Part shown: one piece after another, positions 54,485 to 64,000 of the stretch
How the letters are laid out: every line of letters starts with the position of its first letter
Numbering within the stretch: position 1 is the first letter of the stretch
Assembly: GCA_002633005.1 (NCBI GenBank)
Contig: NMRA01000317.1
Location: forward strand, 299,366-363,365
DNA: 64,000 bases
Direction: 5' to 3'
Source: Phoronis australis
Taxonomy: Eukaryota; Animalia; Phoronida
The notes under the pieces: model-generated
Seen by the model: only the letters and a program-made list of their open reading frames with translations
Told to the model about the DNA's origin: nothing
The model's database searches: none
Translations under genes and position numbers: made by a program

Positions 54485-55769
54485 TGTTGTATTTTCACTT
54501 TTTCTTGCAGAGACCTTCAGCTAGATCCCGCAAAATGGCAAGTGATTTTAATGATGGAATGGACTTCTTTTTTTCATAAAGACGAAAATTCAACAGACAT
54601 TTGAATATTTTAGGCAATTCATGCCTACCATCTTAGTAATAGTTGGGGAAGATGATTGGCTGACAATGCTTAAATATACAGTTGCAGATGACCACAGTCT
54701 GCTTTCAAACTCAAATTTTCTAATTTCTTCCATGTGATGTATTACTGGAAATTCAGTCCCAGGTATAAAATATCTCCACGATGGGATACACAGCCAAAGA
54801 AAAATATACAAAATGCTGTTTTCTGCAAATTCATAATAGTTGTAATCTGTAAGTGTCTTAACAATACTATATCTGCATCTATGTTTGTTGTGCTGTGTAT
54901 CTTCTAAATGTACTATTGGGAATTAAACAAGGATTTCGAAATATATTCAGCACTAAAAACATACTCTCTGAACATTAGGTCGGTAGTTTAAGATATGACT
55001 GAAAATCGTGCAATGAGTTGCCTCAGGATATCTATGAGAGAAAGAAATGCAGGAAGAAAAATGAAAAATGAACAGTGGTTCACACCAAATCTGTGCAACA
55101 GTGCGATGACCACAGCTGTAGACCAAATGTTCTACTCATAAGTATAAGTGTTGAAAGAGCCTGTGGAATGGACATTTTTTATCAGCACCATAATATCAAG
55201 TTCAAGAGCAATATAGATTTAGACATTACAACATCAAAAAATTGATTGAAAAAGGGTTTTTCAAAGTCTAGGTGAAGGCATGGTATGGAGAACAGAACAG
55301 CGGGAAACCTGGACGTCTCGTCATCATTCATTGACAAAGGACTGTAGAGAGTAGTCCCAAATGTACCAACTCCAAGCATTTTAGTCTCTCTGCGTAAGTT
55401 AACTCTATTGATACAACAAAAAAGTTGTGGAACAAATAAACCATCCATTGCCTAAAATGGGGACTGGATTTGCATTGTCCTCTTTGATTTCATCTTCATT
55501 CTCTTTGGTTGTACTGTGATGCATTTAGCTAGTTAACGCCAGGAAACGATTAATGTAATTAACCTTGCTTTAAAATGGGAATCGCCAACTTAATTTCAGC
55601 AACACTCAAAGAAAACATACCACCCTTTGTTCAACAAATTATATGATTTCTCTATTCAGAATGCATATGCCATTTTGAAGAAAGTCTCACTACAACAGAT
55701 CAAGCAAGAGCATGTAAAAACATGTGGAACTTCGTAAAAGTTTTGATGCAGAACAGATCACAAAAGGAA

Positions 55770-55885
55770 GCAGACTGCATCTGTGATATGGTTGGATGTG
55801 CAGGAAGAATTGACCGCAAAAATGGATTGTGTGTGACATTTGTACCCGATGGCTACACATGAAATGTGCTGCACTACTCAATGCT
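55770..55885 (+). pseudogene. PHD-finger fragment, probably TE-associated
   Basis: CIC...KWIVCDICTRWLHMKCA in + frames. Confidence 0.7.
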
Positions 55886-56289
55886 ACATGCGCCATTTAC
55901 CAGGCACAATACCAGTGACATTGTTGTTATATGTATCAGAATACTTTATTCAGGTACCTACATATAAAGTGTTAACAAAAAGAACAAGAACAACGTACAG
56001 TGGGAGTCATATCCAAAAGTCATCGTCCTCCGTTGTCCTGCTCATAGAAATACACTGGTATAATTTCACAAAGAACCCTAATAGAGGCTTAGTAGCAAGA
56101 ACTGTTTTAGAGTAATGAAGCTACTTTGAACATACTGTGATTTGAAGTAAGTCTACTGAACTGATCTCAGGTGCTTCAGAATATCGTAAGCTCTTCACGC
56201 AAAAGAACAACATTGGTGAGAACGAAGCCATTATGTGCATAGGTGTTTTTCACTATGTCCTTTAACGCCTTATAGTTTGTTTCACAACA

Positions 56290-56760
56290 TAACGACAGCC
56301 CCTGAACAAGAAGAGTGTGTTGAAGATGTGGCCAAGGAACAGTGTAATAATGTCAAGTGGTCAACTTACAGGAAAGAGAGATTCACTGCAAGTAACTTTG
56401 ACAGAGTGATTAACAAGTTGGCAAGAAACTCATTTCTCAAAGTTTCTACAAACAACTTTTGGGGTATATTACACCCAAGGAGTGAAGTTCGTAATGTATG
56501 GAGTTGTACACTAAGACGGTACTGTTGCCGCATACAAAGGATATACTGGGCTACAAATTGACCCCTATGTCCTGTTTCTACACACAAGTGGAACTATTGA
56601 GGCAACACCTCACAGAATAAATGTGAGACAGGCTTATTACAAGTCAAGTGTTTGTACTCATTATCAACGTCTAAGTCGGACATACCAAACCAGGATGCCA
56701 TAGGATGGCCAATCATGGCGCACGTCAAAACGCCAGAAGGTAAAATCAGAGTAAACATTA
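56290..56760 (+). pseudogene. YqaJ / lambda-exonuclease-like nuclease fragment, TE-associated
   Basis: KEQCNNVKWSTYRKERFTASNF (Q..N..W...R..R.TAS.F) and a downstream GLLQVKCLYS (E-x-K-C motif), broken by frameshifts. Confidence 0.7.
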
Positions 56761-57249
56761 ACAAGACAGTTTGTGTGTTTAAAGAAAACAGACAGAGGAA
56801 TTGTCCCAACAACCATGCAAAGGATCTCTTTGGCACGTCCTGTTTGCGCAGATGCATGTTAATACCCACCAGTCATTAACTGCACACCACCTTCCTAACG
56901 CTGAACCGTCCACTGCTGCGGCTAACCCACACCATGCTCTGCCCCTCAGCCTCCCCATGTTGTTCCGTTGTCCACACCCCAACTCCATCAGGTATCGCAT
57001 TCCTTTGCACCTCGGCCTCATGCTGTTCTGTACACCGCACTATCTTCCGCAACTCAGCCTCACCACACCACACTTTGCCCCAACTTTCCTTCACTGCACT
57101 GAACAGCACACTCCAACATTCCCACCCATCAGTGAGTGACCTCTGGTTTCTATCTTGTGTCGCCAGTCAGCTCCATTTCTGTTCTTGGATCTCCAGCATC
57201 TAACATTCCTCAACTTTTCGCACCTTCTAACACCTCATCTCCTGTTCCA

Positions 57250-57684
57250 GCTAGCTGCTGCAAGAGAACGACATTGAGAAATACAAGTTGAAGCCAAGGG
57301 TGCTGAAAGTGAATTGCTGGCAGAGGCAAGTGAAGTAAGTGAGGGTGATCGGCCAGATGAGGACACCATTTCATTTAATAGCGAATCCGGGAGTGAAATT
57401 ACTGAAGCTCCTACTAGTGAACGGTTGGCGGCACGAAAGAAAACTCACAACTTTGCCGTTTATCAGCAACGTAATGATCCTGAACAAACGGAAGTTACTG
57501 GAAAGTGGAGTGTGGCAGATTTGTGTGATGAGGAACCATGTCATCATAGATGCCCTTCTGGTAAAGACAGTTGGCGTATGTATCAAAGGGCATTGGCAAA
57601 AAATGAACAGCCTCAGAGAGACTGTAACTTGAACACTATTTGACCTATGCTGTTTTTCATATACACTGCCAAGTCTGACCTTAA
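57250..57684 (+). mobile_element. Kolobok-like transposase 3' remnant with right TIR
   Basis: DEEPCHHRCPSGKDSWRMYQRALAKNEQP is homologous to STDRDASHHHCPPRSDSWCFY at ~62145; ends ACTGCCAAGTCTGACC|TTAA, a near reverse complement of the left end at 59907. Confidence 0.65.
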
Positions 57685-57949
57685 ATATAAGCAGACGGAA
57701 ACAGATGGTGTCTTTTTTTCTAGTATTATATTATTATGCCAATCTACATATTGCACACAAGTTTGGGGTATAATTTTTGTTTGTTACATAACAAGGTCTT
57801 AAAATGGGCTTTAGTTTGGATTTTGTAAGCACATCACTTATGTGAGGAGGTCTTTTATCGAACCTCCTCAGAACCATCACTGCACTATCCCACACTGTGA
57901 TCTACACAGAAGCATTTCAGGACATGCGGCAACATGTGTTACTGGGACG

Positions 57950-59042
57950 ACACCCCTACCTGGTCTGAACAATTCCAGTAGCGGTGCGGCCTCTGTCGAA
58001 CTTCCATATCTGTACGCGACAGGAGTTTCTTTTCGAAGACCAAGATGGGGCTTGACAAGCTCACACAGTTCATTTACCTGTGGTCTATGGACAAGTTGCC
58101 TATGGCAACCATCAGGCACGAACTGGGCATCAACTCCACCAAGACCCTAGTGGATTGGAACAACTTCATGCATGACGTGTGCCAGGCAGATTACGTCAAC
58201 AATTTCGCGCTTATTGGATGTCCTGGGACCATATTTGAGGTGAGAAACTAACATAGTAATCTAGATCCTTATCAATGTAGTAAAGAAAACCCAGTTTAAT
58301 TGAATGACGATAACAAAATATAACACTTACTTTGTAGTTTTAATGAAGTACAGACCTCTATATGCTAATGGCTTCTAAAAGTCGCGATTGCCAAATATTA
58401 ATGAAAGCGAAAATGCATGACTGACAGTTTGTCAGCATTTGGAATCGTATTTAAATTTAGAAATTAAAAGATCACCTTCTGTGAATGAAGTTAGCTCCAC
58501 CTACTGTGCACTGTGTTATGAGTTCTGTGAATACTGATTTGTTTATGAATGACCGAGTGCGCTACACCTACATTTTTATCTTATTTGGCGAATAGAAATT
58601 TGGCAGAAGAAAAAACAACCGGGGATGCCACGTTGATGGAAAATGAGTGCTCGGCGGCGTAAACAATAGTGTACAAGATCAAGATGTTTATAGTACCTAA
58701 ACCCCCAGAAACACCGCAATGCTACTTCCAATAATCAGAGCTCATGTGAGACCGGGCACTCGCATAACCACTGATGAACGGCATGCATACCGTGGATTAA
58801 ATCAACTTGGCTACTTACACGACACAGTCAACTAAACATTGAACTTTGTAGAACATGTGAACCCCACCAGCCACACAAATGATACTGAGGGACGTGAAGC
58901 GACAGTTTAAAGGAATCTCAGGGACCAGCAAGGAGGGACCACTGTTGGAAACCTATTTATATGAGTTTGGTGGCGCAAACGACATTGTGGCAACACCTTC
59001 CACGACATAATAAGTGATATTATTGAGCAGTACGTGGTCTAA
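57950..59042 (+). pseudogene. Second Merlin/IS1595-like transposase pseudogene, intron-containing
   Basis: LDKLTQFIYLWS...VDWNNFMHDVC...IGCPGTIFE|gtgaga donor at ~58240; resumes at ~58595 with [52 protein letters not shown] and YLYEF. Confidence 0.8.
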
Positions 59043-59179
59043 GTTAAACTTGTTTATAATTACAGTAAAAAGAAAATCATTAAGTCAGTGCTGTTGTTGG
59101 TACATGTTGATTAAATGCAGTCATGTGGACGATTTGACCTCAAGAAACGACTCAGTGGTTTTGTAATAAGCCCTAACTT

Positions 59180-59680
59180 CTTTGAATGTAGATGAATTGC
59201 TGGACCTGGAGCTCTTGATCATCCCGCTGGCGACAACTTCTCTGCCATTGGGCCTGATAGAATACGTACTACTGCATAAGTACGCAATGGCTCGCACGCA
59301 CGAGGCCCAGGGATGGGTGCTGTTGATATCGGCTGAGTGGCTGATATTAAATCTGCCCGAAGGCCATCCTGGAAAGATTGCCCTGGAATGTGTGTTGCAG
59401 ACGACAGATGCGGCGTCACGCAAGCGACACCACCAGGATGTACGCGACAGGAGTTTCTTTTCAAAGTCAAAGCTGGGGCTTAACAAGCTCACACAGTTCA
59501 TTTACCTGTGGTCAATGGACAAGTTGCCTATGGCAACCATCAGACACAAACTGGGTATCAACTCCACCAAGACTCTAGTGGACTGGAATAATTTCATGCG
59601 TGACGTGTGCCAGGCAGATTACGTGAACAGTTAGGCGCTTAGTGGATGTCCTGGGACCATATTTGAGGAAAGAAACTAAT
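59180..59680 (+). pseudogene. Duplicate of the Merlin 5' exon
   Basis: 59440-59680 is a close copy of 58010-58255 (RSFFSKSKLGLNKLTQFIYLWS...VDWNNFMRDVC); the donor site has changed from gag-gtgag to gag-gaaag. Confidence 0.8.
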
Positions 59681-59906
59681 ATAGAACTCTTGATTTTAAT
59701 GTAGGAAAGAAAATCTACTCTTAACCTTCATGACACCTGTGCAATTTATATATTTTACATCATTCACAGATACAAGGCTCTAAAAGTGGACATTATTACT
59801 AAACCAAATAACATTCATCATATATGAATGTCATGTGATTTGGCCACAGATGGCGCACTGACCAGACTGATGTTTGCAACCTTCATGTAATTGTAAAATA
59901 TTGCAG

Positions 59907-62306
59907 TTAAGGTCAGATACGGCAGTCCAAAATAACGTTTTTCGGTGAATTTTTGACATTTTGAGATTTCATCGTTTTTCATCACTTCAATGTATACTTT
60001 ACAGGATTTCATTATGCCAGATACTCCAAATCATGTGGAAAACAGAAAAATATCCATTTAATGTCATGCACCTCGTTTTCTTTCAGTAGTATTTCATCGA
60101 TATGTCCCTGAAAGTTACAAAAAATTTTGTAGCAATTCAGACCCAACGCCTCGGCCGATCAAGATGAGCCATGTTGTTTTGAAGAGAATTGTCTCATCTA
60201 TCAGCTGATGTGTTCCATATAAGGCTATTTCCGTGAACGTTCGACTGAGAAAAGTATTTTTAGATCTTACTTTCCGCGTTCTTATTGGCTGCCGAACAGT
60301 TACAGAAGATAATAAGGACAAGGCGCATCCTGATTGTTCAATTGAAACACCAGACCAGCTTCGTTTATATCCGTCGTTAGCAACCGGTTAGCAACCAGCT
60401 GTGATAACAGCCATTACTACGTCTCGATTAAATCAGCGTTTTCTGTTTTGATCGGAACTTTATTGCGTTTTATTGCGATTCTTCGATGGGACACGCACAG
60501 AAAATGGAAATCAGGATGTCTAATATTGAAGTAGGTTGATTTTAATATCATTTTTTACCAGATTCTTGATGTTTAGGCATCTTGTTTTGGCTTTCAGTCA
60601 GTTGAGTCAGTGACCCTTCCGATGAATCAACACATGATGACTGTCACATGTTTTGATGAACTCTGTAGTAAACTAAGTTACGGAAACTTTCATTCATAGA
60701 ACAGTTGCCTGAAACAGCTGACCATCACCCTATATGGCAAACACAGTTATAGATTTCTTCTGTGTGTTGTGAAAGTTGTAAGAGTTGTTTACTGTTATTT
60801 CCTGTAAAACTTAGAATCATGAAGTTGAGTGCTTGCAACCCACACACTTGCAAGCAGCACATAAACCTCACATGTGTCTAACAAAGTCAGTTCTCATCTT
60901 TCTACTGCCAATTGCTGTTATGCTTTTATTGACGAAGCTCTATTAAACAGCAGATAAAGTATGGGGAAAACGAAACAAGCTGTGCAGCGTGCCTTTGGAT
61001 CAGCGAAGAAAAAAGAGACAACAGCTATCAAAAGCCCAAGAGGCCAAACTCAACACTCAACAGGTTCAGGTTAGCGAATGTGACGATTCGACAAGTGACA
61101 ATGATCAGGTGAGTGATGATGAACTTGATCAGTGACTTGACATTTTCCAGTTGAACAAAATGGTGAGTAATTTGTCATGTACCGGGGGCTCTGAAGGAAC
61201 TTTGGCATTCAGTAAAACTGAGAAGCATGCTGCCTTTTCTCAGGAAATAACCTTGACGTGCACTAAAGTTGACTGTAACTTTCGAGTGTTCGGTTATTTA
61301 AGTGCACGGTTGTCAAAAACAGACAAAGGAAATATACGGTTTGAAGTAAACCAATTGATGACAGTTTTGGCCCATGAGCTCGGTCAGGGCCATGCACTTC
61401 TCTCAAATTTTGCGTCAATATTTGGTTTGAAAAATATGAATAAAAAACATGCCAACACATCCGTAAGTCTGTACAGCAAAGTTATGTTCAAGCGGGACAG
61501 GAAAACATGGATGCAGCAGAAGAAATAGTCCGCCAAGCACACTTAGATTTAGACCCTACTTTGGATCCCAATGACACGATTGACAGGGCCGTGTCGTTTG
61601 ATGGGACTTGGCATAAACGCGGGTTCTCATCTCATTATGGAGTTGGTACCGTAATTGAAGTTTTCACCGGTTATATTTTGGACTATGAAGTATTGTCATC
61701 GTACTGCCACGCATGTGTTTCAGCAGAAAATGGCGGCTACAACACCGCTGAGTGGATCCAGTCATCGCCAAGACTGTGTGAAAAACCACACTGGATTTAG
61801 CAAGTCCATGGAGACTGCTGCTGAACTCAACATTTGGCCGCCGAGTGTCAACAAGTATAATCTGCAGTATACTAAAATTATTTATGATGGGGACTCCACA
61901 AAATATAAAGCTGTGTGTGATGCTAAGACCTATGGCGAAACTGATATTTGAGAAAATGGAGTGTCTAAATCAATGTAATAATCATGTTGGCAAACGAATG
62001 TAACCTCGACAGCCGTGGCCGAGGAAAACTGACGTAACAAAAGTGTGTGGTGCTACAAAAGTATTAATGTCAGGCTGTGCTTTGCAACTTGAACGGCATT
62101 GAGACAATGAAGAACAGAATTCATGCATCCCTTTTTCATTGTATGTCTACAGACAGGGACGCGAGTCACCACCACTGCCCACCTAGATCAGACAGTTGGT
62201 GCTTCTACTGTTGTGCTCAAGCTGAGAGAACTGATCCACCACCCCATGAACAGGCAGTCGGGCATCTTCTTTCTGTTGATGTAGTTATTAAAATATGTCC
62301 TCTGTT
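59907..62306 (+). mobile_element. Kolobok-like DNA transposon (Pfam 'Mutator-like transposase' type) with decayed transposase, interrupted by an LTR
   Basis: Starts TTAA|GGTCAGATACGGCAGT; transposase from ~60961 with VSFDGTWHKRGFSSHYGVG, LSSYCHAC, NHTGFSKSME, YDGDS, NHVGKRM and HCMSTD...HCP...SWC; several frameshifts. Confidence 0.75.
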
Positions 62307-62733
62307 TGTCATGAATTCTCATGATGATCAAGTGAAAGTGGATCATATCCTGTTTTTTCATTGAACTCTGGCAAAAGGAAAAGTTGTTACATAATAGTTC
62401 CTGTGAGTAGTGACCTCAGCATATCAATGTTATTGTTTCAGTGCATCTGGTTGTCTGGTAAACAAGTCACTTTCCATATATGACATGCCAGGAAGAGAGA
62501 TTGTGGAATTCCATTCATATAGGTTTACTATTTGTGTTGACATTAAAGGAACTGACTCAAATACACCCAAAACCCACACATATTTTGAGTTGCTATATAT
62601 ACTGTAGTTAGAGCCAATAAACTTTTTGTGTTCTTATAGCCTTCAATCGATGTAGTCAGTTTTTATCTCCATCTAGCTAGCAAAGAACCTGTTAGACTCC
62701 ACAGCAATCTCCAACCTCAACAAATACCCTACA
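62307..62733 (+). mobile_element. LTR 1 of a miniature BEL/Pao element
   Basis: TGTCATGA...CCCTACA, 427 bp, near-identical to 63471-63892; followed by PBS-like TGGTGCCAAGTGACCCG. Confidence 0.9.
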
Positions 62734-62769
62734 TTGGTTGGTGCCAAGTGACCCGAGAGGGGGAAACTC

Positions 62770-63329
62770 ATGAACAAGAGGAGAGCACAAAGCGGCAAGA
62801 TCACTCAAAACCTTGCCGCCGCACGTGATATTCTACAGCAAGAGAATATTACCACCGAAGAATTTGATGCAGTCAATGCACATTTTCAACTCTGCCACGA
62901 CAAAGTCAAACTACTAGACAAGCTGGACGACGACATCGCCGACACCACCCCAACGACAGACATCGAAGCTTTTTATGAAGAGTCGGCTGAGTACTTCGAC
63001 AACATCAACATGAAACAATTGAACCTGAGACAACAACGAGACAAGAAGCAAGGTGTCACAACCTCCCTCCCAATGGCAGGAAGTATGGATTTGTGCGATC
63101 TGCAACGATCAACACAAAGGGTGGATACACAAATCGCCCCATTGCCAAATTATATCCATTGGAGGTAAACTATAAGGGTGGATCAGATACTAGTGAACAG
63201 ACTGACACTGAATGTGAATCAAACCAAGATACTGTCCTTGATAGACCAAGTCGTCAAACCTCGCAATTGGCAATGGACAAAATTCGAAACCAGCTTGCTC
63301 ACCAAGAACAAGATGAACAATTAGTGTAA
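62770..63329 (+). CDS. Internal region of the miniature BEL element: gag N-terminus joined to the extreme C-terminus of pol
   Basis: ORF 62770-63168 is BEL gag-like (KLLDKLDDDI...IEAFYEESAEY); the overlapping frame 63093-63329 has RSATINTKGGYTNRPIAKLYPLEV, the BEL integrase tail (DUF5641-type RPxxKLxPLE). Confidence 0.75.
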
Positions 63330-63470
63330 ACATATCAACTAGTGTAGTTCAAGCGTAACCTGATTATGATGATTAGTTGCATGCTTTTTATTCTAATTTG
63401 ATGTGTGGTTTTTGGTGCAAAATCAGTGGATTTTAAAATTCGAATATTTCAACATTTTTGGCCAGCGGAG

Positions 63471-63892
63471 TGTCATGAATTCTCATGATGATCAAGTGAA
63501 AGTGAATCATATCCTGTTTTTTCATTGAACTCTGGCAAAAGGAAAAGTTGTTACATAATAGTTCCTGTGAGTAGTGACCTCAGCATATCAATGTTATTTT
63601 AGAGCACCTGGTTGTCTGGTAAACAAGTCATTTTCCATATATGGCATGCCAGGACGAGATTGTGAAATTCCATTCATAAAAGTTTACTATTTGTGTTGAC
63701 GTCACAGGAACTGGCTCAAATACACCCAAAACCCACACATATTTTGAGTTGCTATATATACTGTAGTTAGAGCCAAAAAACTTTGTGTGTTCTTATAGCC
63801 TTCAATCGATGTAGTCAGTTTTTATCTCCATATAGCTAGCTAAGAACCTGTTAGACTCCACGGCAGTCTACAACCTCAACAAATACCCTACA
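63471..63892 (+). mobile_element. LTR 2 of the miniature BEL element, followed by another PBS and gag start
   Basis: Preceded by PPT-like GGCCAGCGGAG; followed by TGGTGCCAAGTGACCCG and ATGAACAAGAGGAGAGCA, running to the window end. Confidence 0.9.
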
Positions 63893-64000
63893 TTTGTTGG
63901 TGCCAAGTGACCCGAGATGGAGAAACTCATGAACAAGAGGAGAGCACAACGCGGCAAGATCACTCAAAACCTTGCCGCCGCACGTGATATTCTACAGCAA

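Noticed and set aside
55182-55448. Minus-strand kinase fragment (LGVGTFGT resembles a Gly-rich loop)
   Set aside because: No VAxK, HRD or DFG motifs follow; probably chance.

Overview
Eukaryotic (metazoan, probably marine invertebrate) AT-rich genomic DNA, not prokaryotic. The left half (1-~34 kb) holds one host gene on the + strand, D-glucuronyl C5-epimerase (GLCE/hse-5 family). Five coding exons (23299-31081) splice in phase into a ~576-aa protein, and a probable non-coding first exon near 1.4 kb implies a ~22-kb first intron filled with MITEs, tRNA-derived SINEs and minisatellites. The right half (35.1-64 kb) is a dense mosaic of truncated transposon pieces from many superfamilies: BEL/Pao LTR, Merlin/IS1595, piggyBac, an SGNH esterase, MULE, Crypton, Gypsy integrase, PHD+YqaJ nuclease and Kolobok-like. 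Every fragment I can orient is on the + strand, which is the architecture of a flamenco-type uni-strand piRNA cluster. Embedded in it are a ~12-kb macrosatellite built from a chimeric MULE/Crypton/MITE unit with A/B higher-order structure, and a tandem array of a miniature BEL element sharing LTRs. All family calls come from motif recognition by eye; no database searches were run.
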